Shown in pieces: positions 12,486 through 24,591 of a stretch of 64,000 nt of DNA. The notes under the pieces are model-generated. The model was not told the DNA's origin and did not search any database. It was given only the letters and a program-made list of their open reading frames with translations. This stretch comes from Octopus vulgaris (Eukaryota). How positions within the stretch are numbered: position 1 is the stretch's first letter; each line of letters opens with the position of its first letter. Made by a program: the position numbers and the translations under genes. The stretch is from contig OX597816.1 of the NCBI GenBank assembly GCA_951406725.2, positions 105,524,001-105,588,000 of the forward strand. Reading direction: 5' to 3'.

Positions 12486-12997
12486 CAAAGGTCACCCCAC
12501 AAAAAACAGAACCCACAAATCTTTGAATAAAATTGTTTGAAAATGACACAGAGGAATAGATTGAGATGAACAGTGGTTCTAGCAAGACAGGGCCATCCCC
12601 CATGCATCAAATGACTCCCTAGCCTGGCTGAGAGAGCGATTTCAGGAGAGACTGATCAGCAGGAAGTATGATGTTGAGAGGGCACTGCATTCACCGGACT
12701 TGAACCCCCCAGATTTTTATCTGTGGGGGGTATCTCAAGGATAATGTTTACCAGAACAACCCTCAAATGATGTGTGAACTGAAGGCAGCAATTACAGCAG
12801 AAATCAGGGAAATCCCCAAAGAGGAATGTGTTGGAGTAATTGACAATTTTGCATGACATATGCAAGTGTTTGTGTGATGTATGCCATTTGGAGCATATTT
12901 TGACCGAAGTTTAAGTCCAGCAAATTTCAAGAAATTTGTTGGACATTTGTAGGATTTAATAACATTTTTATGGGTTCTGTTTTTTGGGGTCACCCTG
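12486..12997 (+). mobile_element. Internally deleted Tc1/mariner element of DD41D (rosa/Visitor-type) spacing
   Basis: TIRs caaaggtcaccccacaaaaaacagaaccca / tgggttctgttttttggggtcaccctg plus TA. Internal frame WF*QD-(41 aa)-DFYLWGYLKDNVY with SPDLNPP. Confidence 0.8.
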
Positions 12998-14014
12998 TAG
13001 TTGTGCTGTAGCTGTGCAGGCAAAGAACATAGTCTGTAAAGCTTGGGGAAAATCACCCACCCCTACAAATTACAGGACTCGTATCTAGTACTGCAACTCC
13101 TGCAAGACTATTACCCAGCCTGTAAAGGATATTTGTAAACATTACATAGCCTGTAAACTCTCTTACTTCCCATATTCTCCAGCAATTTTCCATACTCTTC
13201 CTTTCATCCATTTCTCAACCATAACAGTACTGTAAGCAGTTACTTCCCTGAAAACGGCTTCAACATTTGCTGACTGTTTTGCATCCAACTTCACATTGAC
13301 ACATTAAGTAAATCTTCAAAGTCTACTCCACCATTCTCACCATCATGCACTTATACTCATTAAGTTTAAAATAAAAAAAAATCTCCTGTCATTTCAAATT
13401 AACATGCCATTCTTATTGAGAATATCTCTCCCATCATGCTCAAGCAATTCCTCCAACAAGTAGAGCCTATCGTATTAAACTCTTCAATCCTTCTACATCT
13501 ACAAGGATAAGTCCCAATCCTTGGGTGCACCCAGTACACTCTGTAAAATGACTGGAATTAGGAAGGGTATCCAGCCATAGAAACCATGTCAAAACTGATA
13601 TTGGGATTTGATGTGACTTTACAGTTCATTGGATCTTGTCAAAATGTTCAACTCATGCCAGCATGGAAAACCAATGTTAAATGATGATGATGATGATGAT
13701 GATGATTAAATATATATCATGGACTCTCCCTTCATTAGACAACAAATGTGGGTTCTGTAATTTTTTTCTGAACAGCCACAAGTTGATTTGTTTATAGTGA
13801 TCAAATGTTTGTATTCACATAAGCTCACTCCCTCCATTAAATTGATATTACCTGTGCAGGTGCACGATGTGTCACATGTCAGATGACAAAATGATCGCAG
13901 AGCAATGTGAAATGAAGAATTTTGTTCAAGAACACAACAGAACACATGGTCTGGGAATCAAAACCATGATCTCACAATCATGAATGCAACACCCTAACCA
14001 CTAAGCCATGCGCC

Positions 14015-14056
<42 letters not shown>

Positions 14057-14069
14057 TACATACATACAT

Positions 14070-14109
<40 letters not shown>

Positions 14110-14837
14110 TCTTATTAAAGATGAAAAGCTTCACAACTGTTACTCTAAGTTTCATATAACCAATCATCACACAAAAGTGAACTTTGGGAACAATACAATG
14201 GTTTATAAATGAAGTTATCCGACAAATTTCATGGGTTTTGAAATGTCTCAGCCTCTGTCCAGTTGGTTTTAAGTGTTTATTTGCTATTTTGCGAACAAAC
14301 CTCCACATCCAAGCAATATCCACATGCAACATCAACACCTCATGCCAAATCTACACCAACTGCACAAAGAGTTCTAAAGTATCCTCCAATAGGCATCACA
14401 CTATCTTGCCCCCTAAACAGCAAAAAGATATCATCACTGCATATATCAACATAACATTAGCCCATATTACCCCCACTTAAGCACGAACAGTGCACAGCTA
14501 GGACCTTCACAATCACTTCAAGTTTTGTCATTATTGACAATCTCTCCTGGCAAATATATAATCCTAATATAGTAAAGACTACATCATAAAGACTGACCTT
14601 CCTCTTCAGGGTCAGAAAATACTTCAGCCTTCAACAGCTACTAATCCTCTACAAATCTAAGATGAGTCCTTAATAGAGCACAGCTCCTGCATCTGGATCA
14701 AAGCTATTATAACACATACTCTGGACTGCATCTAAAGAAAGGCCACTTAACACTATGCATGATGGTATGAAGTTCTCACCAATGCACCACAACCTCTAGG
14801 TCACAAATGTACCATATCCTCTTTCTCTGCCTTTTCA

Positions 14838-14893
<56 letters not shown>
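14838..14893. repeat. (TAC)n microsatellite, listed as representative of dozens of (TA), (CA), (GA), (AAT), (GAT), (TATG) and (CTAT) tracts
   Basis: Directly visible. Confidence 0.95.
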
Positions 14894-15578
14894 AGTGGTA
14901 TTTGTTTCTTAGAGCTGACACTACCATCAATCAGTTACTCACAACTCACTTATTTGCCATCTCTTTGCCCACCACTATTCCCAGTCTTTCCTTCTTAGAA
15001 TGCTGTCTCTTTGGAATTGTTTCTCTTCGGAATTTTTTCTTTATGGCAGTCAGCTTGCAACTGTCCAAGAGGAATGTTAACAATACTGATCTGACCAGTC
15101 CCAGAAGGCCTATAAAGCTCGTGTATACAGCTCCTTATTCTAGAGCAAACCAATAAAAATAATAATAGGGCATACTTTAGTGAAAAAAACGCTATTGTAA
15201 TATATTTTTTATGTTTTAGAAAATGTATTAAAGTTAAAACCAGATATGATTTTATTCAGCTGTCTATCAGAATGTGTTCAATCCATCACCCACCAAAATG
15301 TAATCAGCTACAGCAAATATTAAAAATTCCACATTTTGTACTTTAATAAAGACATACACATGCATGCGTACACACATACACACACACACATATGAGCATA
15401 CAGGGACACACACACATGCACAAAGTGGGTTCAGGCCCACTGTATGACAACTTATGCAAATGTCCTTTACTATAGCATTTGGCTGGCTAAACTATTGTGA
15501 GTGGATTTGGTAGATGGTAAATGAAACAGACCTATTTGCTGTGTGTGTGTGTATGTGTATATCCTTGTGTGTGCAGAA

Positions 15579-15617
<39 letters not shown>

Positions 15618-16393
15618 TGAGTGTATCTCTTTGTTTTCATATCATGCAATAATTGTAAATAAACATTCATCATAGCAGTGGTGTTGTTCGTTTGCAGTCT
15701 TCTATTGCAACATGTTTGGCTGTTGTGCTGTTTGTGTTTGAAAGACTAAAGTAAATATCACCTTGCTTGGCAACAGGTGAGGGCTGATGAGAAGAGTACG
15801 TAGATGTAGAAAATCTACCAAAACAAATAATGTCTGATCCATGGAAAAAGGAAAAGTTATTATGATGATATGATGATATATATATATATACATATCAAAA
15901 CATGAGTTATAATACTATTCCACATATACAAAAACAGCCATACCAACAATCCAATGATATCATTATGGTTTTGACACCTAGGCAGTACTATTCACTAAAA
16001 TAAATGTTGCTTGGGAACAAACATAGCAAAGAAACCGCAACTTTCAAACACATCTACCCTATGTACAACATTATCAGTAAATAAATTCAATAAGTAAATC
16101 TATAACCAACTCCTATATATATGTAATTCAAATTTCTCCACCCCCACATTTTGTGTTTCTTTTATTTTTTTTATGCATTTGTTTTTTTTTTTCTTTCTTT
16201 GGTTATTGTATGCATGCTATGTTTTTTGGTTCTTTGAGAACTATATTTCATGTATGAATATAAGCATAAAACCGAGCAGCAACTCTTGAAATTCCAACTC
16301 TGTCTGTCTCTCTTTTTCTCTCTGTATATGTGTGTGTCATCATCATCATCATCGTTTAACGTCCGTTTTCCGCGCTAGCACGTATATATATAC

Positions 16394-16783
16394 TCTTTCT
16401 CTTTTACTTGTTTCAGTCATTTGACTGCGGCCATGCTGGAGCACCGCCTTTTAGTCGAGCAACTCGACCCCGGGACTTATTCTTTGTAAGCCCAGTACTT
16501 AATCTATCGGTCTCTTTTGCCAAACCGCTAAGTGACGGGGACGTAAACACACCAGCATCAGTTGTCAAGCAATGCTAGGGGGACAAACACAGACACACAA
16601 ACACATATATATATATATACATATATACGACAGGCTTCTTTCAGTTTCCGTCTACTAAATCCACTCACAAGGCATTGGTCGGCCTGGGGCTATAGCAGAA
16701 GACACTTGCCCAAGATGCCACACAGTGGGACTGAACCCGGAACCATGTGGTTGGTTAGCAAGCTACTTACCACACAGCCACTC

Positions 16784-16786
<3 letters not shown>
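16394..16786 (-). mobile_element. tRNA-derived CORE-like SINE (family B), best-preserved copy
   Basis: Head ggagtggctgtgtggtaag...ggttccgggttcagtccc (A/B boxes), then cttgggcaagtgtctt and an internal TA/TG microsatellite. Other copies or pieces near 5320-5470, 7280-7430, 11600-11810, 15425-15860, 23460-23590, 29830-29985, 42995-43300, 50140-50445, 57880-58025, 61260-61365. Confidence 0.85.
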
Positions 16787-16869
<83 letters not shown>

Positions 16870-19800
16870 GGAGAGAGAGAGAAGATAGACATAGAGATGT
16901 ATACACACACAAATATTATGTAATAGGACTACATGTGGATCTATTCAAAATGTTATGAGACAAACATGGATACATACATGTTTTTACATGCACACACATA
17001 TATGTATACATACAAACATTTATATTTACAACTACAAAATTACAATCATAAATATATATCTACATGCCTCTGTGTGTGTATGTGTGTGTGTGTGTCTGTG
17101 CATCTACACACATACACCTGTGTATATCAATATATTCATACAGAAACATATAGTCACAGATATGTGATATTCAATGCTGATATCAAAGCTAGAGAAAAAT
17201 TCAAGAACGCCATCAAATTATTTTATTAACAATGGAGAATGATGCATATAAAGATTATTTTTCAATATAACAGATATTTATCTCAACACATCTCTTCCAT
17301 GTATATTTCTAGTATAACGTTAGATTTAGAGAAGTTATAACTAATTTTTCTCTTGACACAAAAGAACAATATATTACAACTTGCAAAGTTTTGACCAAAC
17401 AAACATTTCTTTGAGTATCCAGAACCTTCTTTTGAATTACCAGGATTCACCTTGGAGTGAAATCTGGGCTATAAACTATAGGCCAAGTTTTTTTTATTGA
17501 AGATATAACTGATGTGTGTATATTAGGAGACTGTTGAGAAAATGAAAGAAATGAACCATTATAACCTTTTCCTTGCTTATTCCTAATACTATGATAAACT
17601 GTTACTTTGTAAAATTGTCAATGAAATCTAAGAGAAAAACTACAAAACAGAGAGAGGGGGAAGGGGAGAGAGAGAGGCAGACAGACTGACAGACAGAGAA
17701 AATTATCACATAACTCCAAGAGTGTTTTCTAAAAAATATGATGGCTTTTCATGACTGAATAGTTATTTGAATCAAGTTATTCTTCTGGAAGAAATCAACT
17801 GAACAGGGTTGTTTTTTTTATTCTCTAACTGAAGTGGTTTGTCAAATTCTGTGCAGGCTTTTAAGTTGAGTTTTCTGAAGCAAGGAATTTACACTAGCCA
17901 TTCACTTGACAATAGTATAAAGAAAAATATTTTTGTATTGTTTTCTGTATTATTTTGTGATTCCCAGGCGAACATGTTTACAACTGAGTATAAACTGACA
18001 TTCATACAATTTGAAATGTCTTTAGTTCATACTCAAAGACAACTTCCAGTAACTTTCATTGTTAGTATGCCAGGCAAACAGCTTGGTGACATTTTGTCCG
18101 TCTTCACATTCTAAGTTCAAATTCCGCTGAGGTCAACTTTGCCTTCCATCCTTTCAGGGTTGATAAAGTAATTGCCTGTTAAGTACTAGGGTCAATGTAA
18201 TTGACTTCCCACTCCCCTCAGAAACTGCTGATCCTGCGTCAATATTTGAAACCATATTACAAACACACATATAGTGGGGTGCAGCATTTTACTTTGATAA
18301 ATACTGAACAGTAACCATTGCTATATCCACTCTTGAACTGTTTAATACAATTCTTTACATAATTATAATTTGTAAAACAACTAAAGACTTTTAGGTGTAA
18401 AATATATAACTTCACCTTACTTGTAGAGAAATGTTACATAATACCTGATGCAGTAAAAGTTTAAGTAAACTGAATGAAATTAAAAAGAGGAATGAATAGA
18501 TGATTAAGTATACAAAATCATTGAAATGTAATACATTCCTCGGTATATATTAAGGATAAACAAGTACCAAATTATGAGCACAATGGAAAAAAGAAGAATT
18601 AAGTGAGAAGGTAGAAGTAGAATATGAAAAATCCCTCTTCAGAAGTCTTACTCCTTTTACTGATGTGATAGATACTTACAGGGTGTGTGTGTGTGTGCAA
18701 AAACAGAGTTATGGAGTTTGAAACCCTAGGAAATAGAATGCCTGAAAATCATTTGAGGATCTGGTTATGCAATAGGCAACATCATAGTTGAATGTTAGAT
18801 CAAGCAATCAACTTTTGAATGCTTGCCCACTTGCTTGTCTGCCTTACTATGTTGAGATGAACAGCAACAATAATAAATGCAGAAGAGCAGTAGTTGAAGC
18901 ATTCAGACTGGTTCACCTTGCTGCTTCCATTGTGGATACAGAATGTACAAGTATACAAATGTGCAAGTATACAAAAAATGTACAGGTATACAAAAACAGG
19001 CTGGACAATGAAAAAGTACATATCCTGACTCGCTATGCTATGCCCCATACCAATATCCGTTATATCTAAGAATTTGAAGTCTGATCCTTAACCATCTGGA
19101 GATGCATCATATATTGTGCTATGAATCTGTGTATCATGCCAAGTCACAACTACTTGACTGACTTGGAACTATACAATAACAACAACAAAACTTATAGAAC
19201 TAATTAGGTAGGTGAGATCTGAAGAATACAGGTTTGAAATTTCACTATAAACAGTAAATATTCATTATCTAAATAGCTTCATCAGCGTTGGACCTGTACA
19301 TAGTTACAGTATACTATTAGCTAGATGGTTGCTGTAGCTGTTGTTTTACCCTAGGTCAAGGCTGATTGAATAGAACTCTGATTAAAGAATTTCCAGCAGT
19401 GACCATCATGTCTTTAGAGGAGTATTTAGGGTATTCTTCCTTCTCTCCCTTTTTAATACAGCAAGGTGTGATTTGATGGAGACCTTGTTGCTACTTCTAG
19501 CAAGTTCAATGACCATGTAGAGACTCTGCACATTATTGGTACAGTAATGTATGGAGCCTGTACATGGTCAATAACAATGATAGTAATTATTTCTAATTTA
19601 GGCACACGGTCAACAATTTTGAGGGTAGGGTGTTGTTGATTTCATTTACCCTTCTCTCTTGATCGGTATTTTATTTTGGTAACCCCAAAAGGATGAAAGT
19701 CAAAGATGACCTTGGTGGGATTTGAACTCAGAATGTAAATACTTAGAAGAAAGCAAGGCATTTTGTTTGATGTTTTAATGGTTCTGTCAATACAAAGCCC

Positions 19801-19984
19801 TTAATGATAATTGTGTCTAATTTAGGAACAATGCCAGTAACTTGGGGTGGGGTTAGTTGATTACATCAACCCCAATGTTTGACTATTACTTTATTTTATT
19901 GACCCAGAATGAATGAAAGAGTTGGGCCAAATACCACAAAACATTTTATCTAATGCTTTAACAATTCTGCTAAAATGGAAAATT

Positions 19985-20935
19985 TTTTTATCAAAATGCA
20001 GAAGGAAACTGAGATGAGATGTTGTTTCCAATAGCTAAAGAAGGGAGTTTTGAAGAAAGGGCCAGTGGACTTGATCCTTGCTGCACAAGATCAAGCTCAC
20101 ATCACCACCACCACCATCATCATCATCATTGTCATCATCATTTAACATCTGCTTTTCATGCTGGCATGGGATAGATGGTTTGATTGGAACTGGTAAGCTG
20201 GAGAACTGCACCAGGTTTCAGTTTGTTTTGGTATGGTGCTACAGCTGATGCCCTTCCTAATGCTAGGGTGCTTTTTACATGCACTGGCACGAGTGCCATT
20301 TACATAACACCAGCAACAGGCACAAACTATGATTCCACAGGTGCCATTTACATGACACTGGCAAGGACGAGATATATAAGAAAGAATATAAATAGGGAAG
20401 ACATCTTGACTGCTTGTAGAGTATGTAGAACAAGAGAAGAGATAGTTAAAGTGCTTGCTCAGAAGGTTCATAAGAACTGGAGACATGACCAAGTTAATAC
20501 AACCTTACATTAACAGATTTGTAAAAAGCTTAGATTTGAACATGTTGAAAAGTGGTATGGCCTTAAATTAGAGAATGTCCTTGAAAATAAACCATGTAAG
20601 GGTATTATGGAAGGTAAATGTAACATTCATACCAAGATATTGTTAAATTCAAAACAAAAGATTGAATTGTTTAATCAATATTGTTTACCTAAAGTGTTTG
20701 AAAAAGAACGTGAGAAAATAGAGAAATGCCAGGATCTAAGGCACAGAATTCAAAGACTTTGGAATTGCTGTGAGGTTGTTATTATCCCAATTGTAATAAA
20801 AGTATGAGGAACAGTGACAAGAAGCTTAAGTGGCTGGTTGAAGATGGTGGATATTGAGATGAATTTGCTGATTCTACAGAAGGCTTGTTTGTTTGGCACA
20901 GTAATAACCATAAGTGAGGTACTAGATACATAAAG
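19985..20935 (+). mobile_element. R4/Dong-like LINE C-terminal fragment (zinc knuckle plus RLE endonuclease), interrupted by a SINE at about 20100-20360
   Basis: LILAAQDQAL|RTRY...CRVC...RHDQV...EKIEKCQDL...IPIVI...LQKACLFGT. Confidence 0.75.
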
Positions 20936-21359
20936 CTGCCGGATGCAGTTTGATAACATATAATTAATTACAGACAGAACAAAACATGATGCTGAGAGAA
21001 AAAAAGAAAGAAAAGATGATGATGATGCTGTTTTGTTGAAGAACCATATAGAGTTGGCAAAAGCATCAAGAATGGTAGAAGATGACTGTGTGGTATTACA
21101 TAAAAGAGAAAAGTGTAAGCATGGAAAATACCAAATAAAAAAAAAGAGAAAAAATTCAAAAAATCAAAAATTCCCTAATCTCTGAGGGTTACTAGTGGGA
21201 ACCCCACAAAAACTAATCACCCTGACCACTAATGCAAGTATCTAATCTCTAATCTACAGATACACACTCAGAGCAAGCCTGTTCACTAAGACCATATTTG
21301 TCACTCTCATCCGCATTCAAATTTACTGGAAACAACAGTTACCTGTCCACCTTCATTGA

Positions 21360-21559
21360 TCCTTTCTATTAAAGGATCAAGGCCTGAAATGTTGAGGGAG
21401 GGAGTAAGTCAATTACATCGAACACAGTACTCAACGGGTACTTAATTTATTGACCCCAAAAGGATGAAAAGTAAAGTTGACCATGGCAGAATTTGAACTC
21501 AGAACGTAGACACAGATGAAATGTTGCTAAGTATGTTGTCCGGCATGCTAATGCTTTTC

Positions 21560-21646
<87 letters not shown>

Positions 21647-21905
21647 TATTATTATTATTATTATTATTATAAACCTTTCTACTATAGGCACAAGGCCTGA
21701 AATTTGTGGGGAGGGGGATAGCTGATCACATCAACCCCAGTACTCAACTGATACTTAATTTATCGACCCCAAAAGGGTGAAAGGCAAAGTCAACCTCACT
21801 GGAATTTGAATTCAGAACATAAAGACAGACGAAATGCCACTAAGCATTCTGCCCAGCATGCTAACGATTCTGCCGATGATGATGATAATAATAATAATAA
21901 TAATG

Positions 21906-21936
<31 letters not shown>

Positions 21937-22233
21937 CAACAACAACAGCAATAATAATAATAAGAGTAATAGCAATAATAATAGGCAGCTATAAGAATCA
22001 AACATAAAGGTTGTTCCTGTTGTCATTGGAGCACTGGGCTCAATACAACCCAACCTGAAAAAACATCTAGGTACTTTAGAAATACCCTACAATGTTGATG
22101 TATGGCAAAAATTGGTTTTACTTGGAACTGAACTTAGTCAACCGTGGCGAAATTTGAACTCAGAATGTAAAGACAGATGAAATGCCACTAAGCATTTTTC
22201 CCGGTGTGCTAACAATCCTGCTAGTTTGCCACC

Positions 22234-22285
<52 letters not shown>
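21360..22285 (-). mobile_element. Cluster of three SINE family A copies interleaved with long (AAT)n tracts
   Basis: Copies at about 21360-21555, 21672-21875 and 22135-22236, separated by (AAT)n/(ATT)n. Confidence 0.85.
21995..22130 (+). mobile_element. Short R4/Dong-like LINE 3' fragment
   Basis: KVVPVVIGALGSIQPNLKKHLGTLEIPYNVDVWQKLVLLGT. Confidence 0.65.
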
Positions 22286-22286
<1 letters not shown>

Positions 22287-22764
22287 CATTATCATCAGCA
22301 TTATGTAATGTCTGTCTTCCATGATGGCATGGATTATTATTGTTATTAAGGCAATGAGTTGGCAGAATCATTAGCATACTAGACAAAATGCTTAGCAGTA
22401 TTCCATCAGCCACTACTTTCTAAGTTCAAATTCTGCCAAGGTTGACTTTGCTTTTCATACTTTTGGAGTCAATAAATTAAGTACCAGTTGAGTACTGGGG
22501 TTGATGCAATCAACTATCTCCCTCCCTCAAATTTCAGGCTTTAGTAGAAAGGATTCTTCTATAGTAGAAAGGATTCTTCTGTAGTTTTTTCGCTCTTTTT
22601 TTATATGTGTATATATATATCCTACTTAATGTGGATATATTGTAAGAATGCCTCAATTCTGAAGTCCAGACATTTGTACATTACTGCATATACTTTATAC
22701 GCACTTTTTGACAAGTTGTGGCGCACCTGAGCACTGTATACAATAATTTCATTATCATTATTAT

Positions 22765-22800
<36 letters not shown>

Positions 22801-24510
22801 CTGGATTAAATTCACTGCAGTATCAGAACTGGTATTTATTTTATCAACATCTGAAAGGTAAAAAGCAAAATGAACCTTGCTGAGATTTGAACTCAGAACA
22901 TAAAGCAATGTAACTGGGTATCACATAACATTTTCTCCAACACCTTATCAATTCTACTAACAATGATGAAAATGATTTCATTTTATTTAAATTGAAACTC
23001 AAGAGAAAACATTTTAATGTTGATATCAAGAATAATGGCAATCTGTAAAAAGAAAATTGCACTTCACAAAATGCATGTCATAAAAGGCGAAAATCAAATC
23101 ATGCATCCAAAAAAAAACAAAAATCCATAAAGCAATGGAACTTAAAAATAGAAACAAATGCATGAAACAATTAATAAATTTCTTTACAGATTAAGACATT
23201 TGTAATTATAACATAAGGGAATCATATCTTTAAGGTACATGGGATTAAAGGCTCGGTTGTAAATTTGCCAGTCTTAGAATTGAGTGGAGATATTTGTTTT
23301 TTTTTTTTTTTGTTTTCTCAGTGTCTTTAAAGATTAAGAGAAAAATTAGAAAAACTATTTTAATATTTTAGTCTTTTAACTACTAGAGGGAATAACTTAC
23401 AGGTCTGAGAATTCTGTGCTCAAAAAGAAAAATTCTTAATCTCATGAATTATGCTTTGCAATAATGTGGTTCAGAGTTTGATCTCACTGTAAGATACTTT
23501 GGACATGTGCCTTTGGCTCTAAGTTTGGTTTGAGCTAAGTCTTACAAGTTACAATAGGTAGATGGAGACTGCGATGGAAGTCATTGAATAGGCTATACCC
23601 ATTCTTGGATTGGTAGTAGTCCTTATACATCCTCCAGTTCAACACCCACATTTGTCTTTAGGCGGGGTGAGTTTTAGCAGAGTCAACTCTTGCAAATATT
23701 CTTACTAGGTCCCCCAGCCTGAATATAGTTATGCTACTTTCTATTATAGTAACCCATGAGGCATAGTTTCTTTCTCTCCTTCTCTCTTTCTTCTTACTTA
23801 TTTTGGAGGCCCTGCAAATATAATGAATGCTTGCTGCCTTTCTTTTTTTAACTAAGTCATTAAAAAATGTACTAAGCAAAATCAATTAATGCTTTCAAGG
23901 AAGAATACTGGAACAATTCTCAAAATATTGGGTAAGGAAAAAAAAAGGGGGATTGTTTAACAAAGAAACTTCAGCCTTCTTCCTGACTTCCACTATCTTC
24001 AATCAATAATTATAAATTGACTAAGGATATTTTCATTGTTTGGTGTCATTTCTACTCCTAACTGACCCTCAATTAGAAACCTGAAAATAAATAATAATTA
24101 AAAATAAAATAATCAAAACAGTAAGGAAGCAGTTTTTACATGCTGAATTTTCATTAGGATTTTTTTTCTGGGGCATTAAGTAGGCACAGAGGCAACAAAA
24201 TACAAGGCAATGAACACAAAAGATTATATACGTGTATGTGAGTATATGTGTGTGTATAACATTTATATATATATAATATATTTATACATGTTATTATAAT
24301 CTTTCTGCTGTTTTCCTTTTTTCTTTTTTTTTTTGTATTTGTCTTTTTTCTCACTTTCTCTCTACTGCCATAAAATGCAAATTTGCAACATAACAATGAA
24401 AGCTGGAGGCAAGAGAGAATAAGGCAGTGGAAGACGAGAGAGATAGATACTGCAGTATAGAGAATTTCTTAGTAGCCACAAAATGCACTGACAAAACTTT
24501 GAAGACTGAC

Positions 24511-24591
24511 CTCTTGCCAGTTATCTACCCTTGATTGCTTGCAGGGCTGCTCCATGCTTTCACTGTTTCTATTTAATTGTTCTGCAAAAGC
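24511..24591 (-). CDS. Candidate 81-nt in-frame cassette exon (AFAEQLNRNSESMEQPCKQSRVDNWQE)
   Basis: Acceptor ttatccttgttctatctag|GCT, donor GAG|gtcagt, length divisible by 3, stop-free in phase 0, in non-repetitive sequence. No homology evidence. Confidence 0.5.

Larger units (their letters stand above)
11950..15170 (+). mobile_element. Highly decayed CR1/Jockey-group LINE, split by nested insertions (DD41D element, SINEs, Penelope-like piece)
   Basis: Remnants FADCFASNFTL (about 13265), PIMLK (about 13430), LFRVRKYFSLQQLLILYKS..EHSSCIW (about 14600-14697). Confidence 0.55.

Noticed and set aside
16715-16786. tRNA gene
   Set aside because: The A/B boxes belong to a multi-copy SINE head and no complete cloverleaf is seen.
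16562-17229. Numerous short ORFs rich in YI, CV, HT, poly-N or poly-L (here and throughout the window)
   Set aside because: They are translations of microsatellites and SINEs.
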